Positions 20,134 through 29,855 of a DNA stretch of 32,000 bases are shown in pieces. Location of the stretch: the NCBI RefSeq assembly GCF_013365495.1, contig NZ_CP046580.1, positions 450,001-482,000 on the forward strand, given 5' to 3'. Both the position numbers and the translations under genes were made by a program. The notes beneath the pieces are model-generated. The model was not told the origin of the DNA, did no database searches, and saw nothing but the letters and a program-made list of their open reading frames with translations. This DNA comes from Candidatus Saccharimonadota bacterium (GTDB taxonomy: Bacteria; Pseudomonadota; Alphaproteobacteria; Rickettsiales; Anaplasmataceae). Every line of letters begins with the position of its first letter. Within the stretch, counting starts at the first letter, position 1.

Positions 20134-21467
20134 AGCTTTTGATTAGATTAAATTTTTAGCCATACTACATAATAGGACTTGTGAAAAAACAGAAAAGGCT
20201 GCAAAATATCTATTTTTGTAAAAGTTAGTTAGAGTTACTCCTCTAGAAAATGTAGAAGTTAATATTTTAAACTAAAAATAATGGCTAATAAGCTATTAAA
20301 TAATTAAAGTTACATTTAATTGACCTTAATGTTAAGTATAGAGATATACTCAATGCACGAATTATAAATAATTAATGAATTTTATAAAGCTAAAAAAAGT
20401 AAATTAGAGAATTATTTTAAACTGATAGTAGGATTAATAATTAATAGTTTTTTTTAAATTCTACTGCAACTCGATCATAATTTTTACTCAAGATAAGTAA
20501 GAAATTATTTATCTGTTTTGACTTTTAAATCTACTCACAGCTTCACTTAATATATATCTATACGTAGCAGTTTGTAGTTGTGATAATATTAATATCATAA
20601 TAGAAATTTTAGTGTTTAAATATACTAAAATGACATTACCTTAATTTATGGTAAAGATACTTTTCTTCTTACTGATTCATGAATACTCTTGATGTTCAAT
20701 AGTTTTATTAAATGGAAAAGAAATGAGAACATATAATATCAATTTACTTCTACTCTTTACTTTAATCTTGAAAATTATCATGATATAAGTATATTTTAGT
20801 TCATAAGTAGATAAAACTTAAATAATTAGAGTAGATATACCAACAATCACTAAAAATAAAATCAACTATGTAGTACCTTTTTATTTAATCACATTATTAA
20901 AAATAACTGAATGTCTTTACTATTCGTATATATGGTAAACGTTGTTAGGAAGTAGTTTTTGTTTTTATTTATATGGTTGAAAAAAATTGAGCATCAGTGA
21001 ACTGTTTGGCGAGTGCTTTATTTAATTTTCCAGATTTGGATTTAACGTTTTACAAAAGAGAAAACATGAAATAAAATATATTTTAAACTTTGACTAAAAC
21101 TAAGAATTATTATTACTTTTTATAAGTACCATGCTTAAACTTTATCTTAAATTATAGTAAATACTATATTTATATAAGTGTTAAGGCTTTATCATTACCA
21201 TGGATATGGATATTATTTATAATAATTCTATGTTTACATTTTTTTGTTAAACTTTTACACTATCCTTAATTCTTTTCTAGTTAATTATAAGCTTATTTTT
21301 GTATTTTTCTTAATAAGAAGAGAAACTTTATTTGATAATTCCAAAATAGGAATTTATATGTCTTATCTAAACTACATTCTAAGGTAATACCTTTATAATC
21401 TTTTTTATATTACATATCTGAAAATGATTATATATTAATCAACTAAAAATTTCACTTTCTGAAAAAT

Positions 21468-21995
21468 CTAAACAGTATATTTATAAGATTGTGACTTTCG
21501 TGTTTTCCAATTTTTTATGTACTGTTGAACTAATTCAGGATAATTTTCAATTATTAATAAATTTTCTGCATTACTTTTATCAGCTGCTTTACTAAGGTTA
21601 AATGATCCTGTAATAACTATTTGGTTATCAATAATTATTACTTTATTATGGGCAATTTTGGGTTTGTGATCAATCCAAATTGGTATTCCATTTACAAACA
21701 ATTCATTTATTACACTATGTTTGGAATAAAGTTGCGATTTATCTAAAATAACTTTAACATCAACGCCACGTTCTTTTGTTTTAACTAAAGCATCAGCGAC
21801 TGTTTTAAGAGTGAATGTATATTCTTGAAGTAAAATAGATTTTTTAGACTGATCTATTTTATTGATTACTGGTATAGCACAGTCTTCTTCAGGTGAAAAG
21901 CAAACTGTAGCTCTTGGACAAGGTGAAAATATATGATCTGTATAATAACAGAGATAAAAACATGCTAATAAAAATAAAGGGTATAAAAATTTCAC
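21468..21995 (-). CDS. phospholipase D / Nuc-like endonuclease family protein (single HKD motif) with an N-terminal signal-like segment
   Basis: One HKD motif: AHNKVIIIDNQIVITGSFNLSKAADKSNAEN (H-x-K-x4-D ... GSxN). Hydrophobic N-terminus MKFLYPLFLLACFYLCYY. GTG start. The gene begins 29 nt downstream of the ubiD stop on the same strand. Confidence 0.8.
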   Translation of the reverse strand: MKFLYPLFLLACFYLCYYTDHIFSPCPRATVCFSPEEDCAIPVINKIDQSKKSILLQEYTFTLKTVADALVKTKERGVDVKVILDKSQLYSKHSVINELFVNGIPIWIDHKPKIAHNKVIIIDNQIVITGSFNLSKAADKSNAENLLIIENYPELVQQYIKNWKTRKSQSYKYTV

Positions 21996-22024
21996 AACTT
22001 ACACCAAATATAGACTAATTATAT

Positions 22025-23512
22025 TTAATTATTTATTAACCCATATTCTTTCCATTTCTCCGTGACTTTTCTTACTATTTCTTCATTCATCTCAATCTTT
22101 TTTCCCCACTTCCGTTTAGTTTCAGGTGGGATTTTGTTTGTTGCATCAAATCCTATTTTACCTCCAAGTCCACTTTCAGGAGAAGCAAAATCTAAATAAT
22201 CAATTGGGGCATTTTCTATCATAATAGTATCTCGTATAGGATCCATTCTTGTTGAAATTGCCCATATTACCTCTTTCCAATCACGAACATTTATATCATT
22301 ATCAACAACTATAATAAATTTTGTGTATAAAAACTGTTTTAGAAAGGAGAGTATACCCATAACAATTCTTTTTGCATGTCCAGGATAAGATTTTTTAATT
22401 GATACTACTGCTATTCTATAGGAACACCCTTCTGGAGGCAGGTAAAAGTCTATTATTTCTGGAAATCGATTGATAAGAATCGGTATAAAGATTTCATTGA
22501 TTGCTTCACCAAGAATTGATGGTTCGTCTGGTGGCTTACCAGTGAAAGTGCTGAGATAAATTGGATTTTTACGCATTGTGATTGCAGTAATATTAAATTC
22601 AGGAAATCTTTCAATAGAATTATAGTAACCTGTGTGATCTCCATATGGACCTTCATTTTGATATTTATCCAAACTCACATAGCCTTCCAAAACAATTTCT
22701 GCATGAGCTGGTACTTGAAGTGGTATAGTTTTACAACTTACAAGTTCAAGGGGTTTTTTTCGTAATAATCCAGCAAATTGATATTCTGATAATGTTTCTG
22801 GTAATGAAATTACAGCAGAAATGAGTGTTGCAGGATCATTGCCAATTACAGCAGCAGCAGGGAATTTTATATTTTGTTTTTTTTCTTTCCATCGTTCATG
22901 ATGGCTTGCTCCTCCACGATGTGTAAGCCAGCGCATCAAAGTTGTTTTCTTATCTATAACTTGCATACGATATACACCGAGATTAAAATTATCTTGTTTG
23001 TCTTCTGTCGGTCCTTTTGTTACCACAATTGGCCAAGTAATAAGCGGTGCAGGTTCATTTGGCCAACATGTTTGAATAGGTAGTATCTTAAGGTCTACCT
23101 CATCTCCAGTTAGGACTATCTCTTGACATGGAGCTCTATTTATAACTTTATTTTGCATCGATAATACAACCTTTAACAAAGGAAACATTTTTATAATATC
23201 CCTAAAATTTTTTGGTGGCTCAGGAGATTGTAAAAATGCTAGAAATTTACCAAACTCTCTTAGTTTATTAGGATTTATGTTCAATCCTAGGGCTATCCTA
23301 TCAATAGTGCCAAATAAATTTACCATAACAGGAATTGAATTTTTACCGTTTTCTGTAATAACATTTTCGAAAATAATTGCTGGTCCTTTATTTAATAAAA
23401 CTCTACGATGAATTTCTGTCATTTCAAGAACTGTCGAAACTTCCTTTTTAATTCTAATTAAATCTTTTTTTTCCTCTAAAACTTTAATGAAGTCACACAA
23501 ACTATTATACAT
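22025..23512 (-). CDS. ubiD: UbiD-family decarboxylase (4-hydroxy-3-polyprenylbenzoate decarboxylase)
   Basis: Full-length (495 aa) match to the UbiD pattern: N-terminal [18 protein letters not shown], then [16 protein letters not shown] and [11 protein letters not shown]. Confidence 0.92.
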   Translation of the reverse strand: MYNSLCDFIKVLEEKKDLIRIKKEVSTVLEMTEIHRRVLLNKGPAIIFENVITENGKNSIPVMVNLFGTIDRIALGLNINPNKLREFGKFLAFLQSPEPPKNFRDIIKMFPLLKVVLSMQNKVINRAPCQEIVLTGDEVDLKILPIQTCWPNEPAPLITWPIVVTKGPTEDKQDNFNLGVYRMQVIDKKTTLMRWLTHRGGASHHERWKEKKQNIKFPAAAVIGNDPATLISAVISLPETLSEYQFAGLLRKKPLELVSCKTIPLQVPAHAEIVLEGYVSLDKYQNEGPYGDHTGYYNSIERFPEFNITAITMRKNPIYLSTFTGKPPDEPSILGEAINEIFIPILINRFPEIIDFYLPPEGCSYRIAVVSIKKSYPGHAKRIVMGILSFLKQFLYTKFIIVVDNDINVRDWKEVIWAISTRMDPIRDTIMIENAPIDYLDFASPESGLGGKIGFDATNKIPPETKRKWGKKIEMNEEIVRKVTEKWKEYGLINN

Positions 23513-24144
23513 AACTCAAAGTAAAATTTTTAGTGTATTCATGATATATTTAATTTTAAAGCATGGGTTTTAAAAAATTATATCTATAATCATTAATGCT
23601 AGTATATTCATTTCCTTAATTCTATTTTCTATACAAATTGTTTTGTTCTTTTTAAGAGAAAAAAACTTTTTAAAATCAATATATATGACTACTATACTTT
23701 ATTTCTAAAGCATTTTTATCTCTTTTTCAATTAAAGATGGGATTTATTAAAAAAACTCTAGACTTTTCAATAAATTTTATATTACCTTATATCATATTCC
23801 TATATATAAGATTTAGTACCTATATATCAATTTTATTATATTTAATGTTTAAAATATACTGCTAAATATTATTAAAATCTAAATTTTTACACAGTAAACT
23901 ATATAATTTACTAAAATGCTATAATTTGCTACTTTTAAGAACTCTTTTAAAAAAAGTAAGTAACGTAACACATTAAATTTTAGTTTTAATACGATGTATT
24001 TTTATATCTCATAAACTGGATTATGTCATAAAAACTTTAAATTTATACCATAAGTAATAATTTTGCAGAGTTTTAACCCTTAAATTAAGGTTATCTTACT
24101 TTTTACAGAAAAGTAATATAGTTACTTCCTGTATCTTCTTTCTC

Positions 24145-24169
24145 TACATAACATTGGCTATGTTATGTA
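24145..24169. repeat. hairpin-forming inverted repeat, 10-bp perfect arms with a 5-nt loop
   Basis: TACATAACAT tggct ATGTTATGTA, read directly. It sits mid-spacer between ubiD and sucA with no flanking T-run on either strand. Confidence 0.9.
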
Positions 24170-25029
24170 CACTGTAATAAACTTAATAAATTTTAAAAAA
24201 TTTTTTGAGAAAATTAACTAATTAAAGAATTATGTTGCCTAGAATATAACTAAGTAAATTTAGCAATATGATATGAAAAATAAAATATTATCTTCCCTCT
24301 TCTTTTCAGGAAACAAAAATATTAAAATTATAACTATAAGATTTTTTAACTATTGTAAAACCATATAAAGGTAAATATTAAATAATTAATTAGTAACGTA
24401 AAATTCAGTAGATAATTAACAATAATAAACTTTTAGTAGGTAATTAAGAATAGGTGATATATCCCTTATTAATAATTAGAAATATCTTTATTATAAGAAC
24501 AATTAATTTAAATCTTTTATGCAAGAATAGGATGAATTGAGTTATAAATAATACTATGATAATTAGCATAAATTTTATTCTTTACCAGATTATACAAGTA
24601 AACTTAAGTATAATAATGAGTAGGATACAAACACTACTAGTAGTTGTATGGGTGATTTAGATATTGACACTCTCCTTATAGAGCTTTTACGTTATCATTA
24701 TATATAATAGTTTAGTAACTCTTTTAGTCAAATTTATTTTAACTTTTCAATAAAGAAAAATCCATGTTATTTATAGAAATGAAAATTATTAAAATATACT
24801 TTATAGTCACTAAGAATTTAAATTTTTAGTGACGTCAACTAAGCTAGTATGAAATACTCATTAGTTTATCTATCATATAAAATATAACATAGTTCATGAA
24901 TTTGGTTTCATAGTTACTAAATAAGAAGTAAGAATAAAAGATAAAAAGTAATGTTCTCTTTGTAAAACTGAAATTCAGTTAACTCTCATTATCTTTTAAA
25001 AGATAGTTAAATTAAAATAAAACTGCTTA

Positions 25030-27693
25030 TTACTTAATCACTTGCTTTAAAATTTCCTCTTGTTGCTGAATATGAACACTAGCATAACCACATGCTGGAG
25101 ATGCAGCAGCAGGTCTTGCAATACACTTAGGCCTTTTTGCTTGAATATCAAGATCGAGCAATACTTCCTCTATCAATGGATTAACAAAAAACCATCCCCC
25201 CATATTTTTTGGTTCCTCTTGACACCATATGACTTCAGCATTTTTATATTTTCCAAGTTCATCTCTTAATTTATCAAACGGAAATGGGTAAAATTGCTCT
25301 AATCGTATTACTACTATATTATTTATTTTTTGTACTGCACATGCTTCAATTATATCGTAATAAACTTTACCACTACATATTATAGCTTTGCGTATTTTGT
25401 CATCTGAAACTAAGCCCATTCTTCGTTCTGGAGTTACCACAAGGAACATTCCCTTAAAGTCGGACAAGTTAGAAACTGCTTTTTTATGGCGTAGTAACGA
25501 TTTAGGTGTAAATACCACCAAAGGCTTACGAAAATCTCGATGAATCTGCCTACGTAAAACATGAAAATAGTTTGCCGGAGTAGAACAATTAACTACTTGT
25601 ATGTTATCCTCTCCACAAAGTTGTAAAAACCTTTCTATACGTGCTGAACTGTGTTCAGGCCCTTGTCCTTCATATCCATGAGGTAGAAGTAAAACTATAC
25701 CACTAGATCGTAACCATTTTGTTTCTGCAGACGTAATAAACTGGTCAATTATGATTTGTGCACCATTTGCAAAATCACCAAACTGTCCTTCCCACAGTAC
25801 TAATGAATATGGAGAATCAAGACTATATCCATATTCAAAACCCATTACAGCATACTCCGATAAAGTGCTATCTATAACTTCAAAGTAAGCCTGTTCATTA
25901 TTTATATTATTTAATGGAATAAACACTTCTTCTGTTACCTGATCAATAAGTTTTGAATGACGGTGCGAAAAAGTTCCACGACTAGAATCTTGTCCTGATA
26001 AACGAACTTCCACTCCTTCTATAAGAAGTGATGCAAACGCAAGGCTTTCAGCCGTTGCCCAATCTATATTATTACCAGAATTTATACTATCTATTCTAAC
26101 ATCTAGTATTTTTTTAACTTTACTGTTAATATTAAAACTGTTTGGCATATTGCTATTTATATGTATACCTAATTTTTTTAACTCATCTAGTGATATACCG
26201 GAGTCTGTGTAATATTCATGTAAATCATTCAATCTTGCTCTCCTAAATTTTGACCATACTCCACCAAACCAGTCAGCCTTTTTTGGAGTATAAGCTACTG
26301 ATGCAATAAAGCTTTTATCTAACTTTGCTCTAAATTTACTGCGTAAATTATCTACTTCACTACTACTTATTACTTTTTCTGCAATTAACTTCTCTTCATA
26401 CATCGTTCCTGGAGTTTTATGTTTTGATATTACTTTATACATAAGTGGTTGAGTAAGATTAGGTTCATCACCTTCATTATGACCATATTTACGATAGCAT
26501 ATTATATCAATAATCACATCTTTTTTAAATTTTTGTCTGTATTCCATTGCTAGACTTGTAGCAAAACTGACAGCTTCTGGGTTATCTCCATTTACGTGAA
26601 ATACTGGAACCTCTATGAGTTTTACTATATCAGTACAATAAAAAGATGACCGTGTGCAGTGTGAGTTGACAGTAAAACCAACTTGGTTATTAATAATAAT
26701 ATGTACGATACCATCAACTTTATAACCTTTAATGTTACTTAAGGTTAGAGTCTCAACAACCACTCCTTGACCTATGAAAGCTGCATCACCATGAATTGAT
26801 ACTCCAAGTACAGATCTTATTTTTTGTTTAGCTCTCACTCTCCCAGCTAAGACTGGATTTATTGCCTCAAGGTGGGATGGGTTAGGGCATAAACTTAAAT
26901 GTATTTTTTTGCCGTCAGCAAGTGTACGATCAGATGAGTAACCTAAATGGTATTTAACATCGCCAGATACCTCAAGATCACCTGGATGTGCAAGATTGCC
27001 TTGAAATTCAGATAGAACTGCTGTATATCCCTTTCCCATAATCTTGGTTAGAACGTTAAGTCGTCCACGATGAGCCATACCGAAAACTATTTCTTCAATT
27101 CCATAAGTTGTAGAGTCATTAATAATTTTCTCGATTGCAACCATAACTGATTCTCCACCTTCGATAGAAAAACGTTTATACCCTGGAAACTTTACATGGA
27201 GAAATTGCTCAAACATCTCAGATTCAACTAAGTGTTTCAGTATCTTCTTTTTACCTTGTGAGCTCAGTGTATAGATTTGATTTTCAATTTTTTCTTGTAG
27301 CCACATTCTCTCTTTATAAGAGGAAATATGCATAAATTCAAAACCTATATTTTTACAATAAATATCTCTATAAATTTTGCTATCATCATGTGTTAGAGAA
27401 AAGTTCGAGTATCTTTGATAATCTATTTCTTTATTTATGCTTAAAGATAACGGATTAAGGTCTGCAAAAAAATGACCGTAAGATCTAAAAAAGTTTAGTA
27501 AGCTGGAAACTGAATTATTTATCTTGATAAAATGTTGTGTACTATAAGTAGTATTAACTTTTGTATTAATTGAGAAGATTTTATACCAATCTTTTCCAAT
27601 TGATTCATCACCTTGTAAGTAACGGCTATACATTTCCTCTATAAATTTTATATTATCACTATAAAAGTAGGAATTATTTTTAAAATTTGGCAT
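25030..27693 (-). CDS. sucA: 2-oxoglutarate dehydrogenase E1 component
   Basis: The N-terminal NIKFIEEMYSRYL pattern, the ThDP-binding region HGDAAFIGQGVVVETL, and HNEGDEP, across about 887 aa. The ORF track starts at GTG 27699; ATG 27693 (MPNFKNN...) is 2 codons in and is preferred. Confidence 0.95.
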   Translation of the reverse strand: MPNFKNNSYFYSDNIKFIEEMYSRYLQGDESIGKDWYKIFSINTKVNTTYSTQHFIKINNSVSSLLNFFRSYGHFFADLNPLSLSINKEIDYQRYSNFSLTHDDSKIYRDIYCKNIGFEFMHISSYKERMWLQEKIENQIYTLSSQGKKKILKHLVESEMFEQFLHVKFPGYKRFSIEGGESVMVAIEKIINDSTTYGIEEIVFGMAHRGRLNVLTKIMGKGYTAVLSEFQGNLAHPGDLEVSGDVKYHLGYSSDRTLADGKKIHLSLCPNPSHLEAINPVLAGRVRAKQKIRSVLGVSIHGDAAFIGQGVVVETLTLSNIKGYKVDGIVHIIINNQVGFTVNSHCTRSSFYCTDIVKLIEVPVFHVNGDNPEAVSFATSLAMEYRQKFKKDVIIDIICYRKYGHNEGDEPNLTQPLMYKVISKHKTPGTMYEEKLIAEKVISSSEVDNLRSKFRAKLDKSFIASVAYTPKKADWFGGVWSKFRRARLNDLHEYYTDSGISLDELKKLGIHINSNMPNSFNINSKVKKILDVRIDSINSGNNIDWATAESLAFASLLIEGVEVRLSGQDSSRGTFSHRHSKLIDQVTEEVFIPLNNINNEQAYFEVIDSTLSEYAVMGFEYGYSLDSPYSLVLWEGQFGDFANGAQIIIDQFITSAETKWLRSSGIVLLLPHGYEGQGPEHSSARIERFLQLCGEDNIQVVNCSTPANYFHVLRRQIHRDFRKPLVVFTPKSLLRHKKAVSNLSDFKGMFLVVTPERRMGLVSDDKIRKAIICSGKVYYDIIEACAVQKINNIVVIRLEQFYPFPFDKLRDELGKYKNAEVIWCQEEPKNMGGWFFVNPLIEEVLLDLDIQAKRPKCIARPAAASPACGYASVHIQQQEEILKQVIK

Positions 27694-28175
27694 AATCACA
27701 TTACAAAGTATTGAATATTTATAGTATAGCTTAAGTTATTTATAAAGAGAACTTTTTTTAATGACTTCAGCAGTAAACTTAAGATAAGGAAGTTTTTTTT
27801 GAAAGTGTTATTTCTATAATTGTAAAATTGAAAAATAATACATGCTATGATGTCAACACTTTTACTGCTTTCGTTATAACAGCTGGTATCTCTAAATTTT
27901 AAAAAAACTTACCATTTAGAAAACAGTTTTATAAATTATGAGGATATTCTCTTCTTTACATTTAAAAAAAATACAACATAATACTAAGTTCAACTTGATG
28001 TTGAACAATTTTTATAATTTTATGTGTATTTAGTATTTAGTTTACTCAAACCAAAATAACTAAATATTTAGTATTCTTTATGTAAGTTACTTATTTTAGG
28101 TTCTAGGAAATAATATCATTGATTATATTGATTTCGTTTGTTATACATATAACTTTTCAAGTTATAAAAAAAACA

Positions 28176-29561
28176 ATGGATGAATATGATATCACAGTTA
28201 TAGGTAGTGGCCCTGGAGGTTATATTGCAGCAATCAGAGCAGTGCAGCTTGGGTTTAAAACTGCAATTATTGAAAAAGAAAAAAGTTTAGGTGGTATATG
28301 CTTAAATTGTGGATGTATACCGACAAAATCATTACTTAAAGTATCTGAAGTATATGGAATCATAAAAAGATCGGAAGAATTTGGTATAAAAGTAAGGGAT
28401 CTAAGCTTTAACATACAATCAATAGTAAAATACTCAAAAAGTATTGTTAATAAATTAGCAAATGGTATGGCTTATTTAATAAAAAAAAATAACATTAAAG
28501 TTTATCATGGTTTTGGTAAACTTACAGGTAATCGTACTATAAAAATCTTTAGTAGCGAGGAAGAGCAAGAAATTTTTTCTAGGCATATCATTTTAGCAAC
28601 AGGTGTAAGAGCACGAAACCTACCTGAGATAGAGGTAGATGGAGATTTAATATGGAATGCACAACATGCTATAGCTTTAAATAAGCTACCAAAATCATTG
28701 CTAATTGTAGGATCTGGTGCAATTGGAATAGAATTTGCAAGTTTTTGTAGTATTTTAGGAGTTGATGTCTCAATTATAGAGATAAAGGACACTATTTTAC
28801 CTTTGGAAGATAAAGATATTTCAGACTTAGCACAAGAGCTATTTACGAAACAGGGAATAAAAATATATACAAACAATAGTGTAAAAACTATTACTAAAAA
28901 TAAAGGTTCTGTTAAAGTACAGTTAAGTAGTGGTGAAAATAAAGAATTTGATAAAGTAATCGTTGCAGTCGGTGTTCAAGCAAACACTGAAAATATAGGT
29001 TTAGAGAATACAAAAATTAAATTAGATCCTTTTGGCTTTATTGAAACTAATAGATGGTATGAGACATATGAACCCAATATATATGCAATAGGTGATGTAA
29101 CTGGCCCCCCATGTTTGGCACACAAAGCAAGTCGTGAAGCTATAGTTTGTGTTGAAAAAATTGCTGGTAAAAGTGTTAATATATTAAGAAAAGAATGTAT
29201 ACCAAATTGTACTTACTCTTACCCACAAATAGCTAGTGTTGGTCTGACTGAAGAAAGGGCAGTTAAAAATGGATATGATATAAAAGTAGGAAAATCTTAC
29301 CCCAACTTTAATGGCAAGTCTATTGTACTAGGTGAGACTGAAGGATTAGTGAAAACAGTGATAGATAAAAAAACAGGTGAACTTCTTGGAGCTCACTTAT
29401 TAGGAGCAGAAGTAACAGAATTAATTAGTAATTTTGTTCTTGCAAAGCAAATAGAAGCAATAGATCTTGATATAAAATCAACAATTTTTCCTCATCCAAC
29501 TATTTCAGAACTGATACATGAATCAGTTCTTGCTGCAGATAATGAATCTCTGAACAGTTAA
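28176..29561 (+). CDS. lpdA: dihydrolipoyl (lipoamide) dehydrogenase, E3 component
   Basis: GSGPGGY FAD fold, redox-active disulfide GGICLNCGCIPTK, a second dinucleotide fold VGSGAIGIEF, and C-terminal HPTISE. Start taken at MDEYDITVIGSGPGGY. The 19-codon TTG-initiated extension (28119-28175) contains a promoter-like TTGATT-N17-TATACA and is probably untranslated. Confidence 0.93.
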   Translation: MDEYDITVIGSGPGGYIAAIRAVQLGFKTAIIEKEKSLGGICLNCGCIPTKSLLKVSEVYGIIKRSEEFGIKVRDLSFNIQSIVKYSKSIVNKLANGMAYLIKKNNIKVYHGFGKLTGNRTIKIFSSEEEQEIFSRHIILATGVRARNLPEIEVDGDLIWNAQHAIALNKLPKSLLIVGSGAIGIEFASFCSILGVDVSIIEIKDTILPLEDKDISDLAQELFTKQGIKIYTNNSVKTITKNKGSVKVQLSSGENKEFDKVIVAVGVQANTENIGLENTKIKLDPFGFIETNRWYETYEPNIYAIGDVTGPPCLAHKASREAIVCVEKIAGKSVNILRKECIPNCTYSYPQIASVGLTEERAVKNGYDIKVGKSYPNFNGKSIVLGETEGLVKTVIDKKTGELLGAHLLGAEVTELISNFVLAKQIEAIDLDIKSTIFPHPTISELIHESVLAADNESLNS

Positions 29562-29855
29562 ATAATTCCATTTCACTGCTTTGGAATTAACTTCTTGAGA
29601 TAAGTTGCATTGTGTACTTTGAATTATGAGCTATTCAAGTAGCTTGACTTTACTACTTTCTTTATAGCTTTTTAATAACTTTTAAGCTTTTTTTTTTTGC
29701 TTTTTATTCTTGAGAATTATATATTCCTTTAATACTGCTTTAATGCTGTTGTTGTAAGTCTCTATAGTTTCTGCATAAATTTAGTAAAATTTTAGGTGCA
29801 AGTTATTAAATAATAGTCAACAATTTAGTATCATTAATTGCTTACTGTGTTATAA

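Noticed and set aside
23513-25029. Hypothesis that the 1.5-kb spacer after sucA is a dead sucB
   Set aside because: I read the minus strand for lipoyl-domain (ETDK) or catalytic (DHR..DG) motifs in any frame and found none. The size match alone is not evidence.
28119-28175. 19-codon N-terminal extension of lpdA (TTG start), and analogous extensions of purA (15454-15477), tadA (2520-2537) and secG (544-576)
   Set aside because: The conserved N-termini of these families begin at the internal ATGs. The extensions contain or abut promoter-like elements and add hydrophobic or odd residues not seen in the families.
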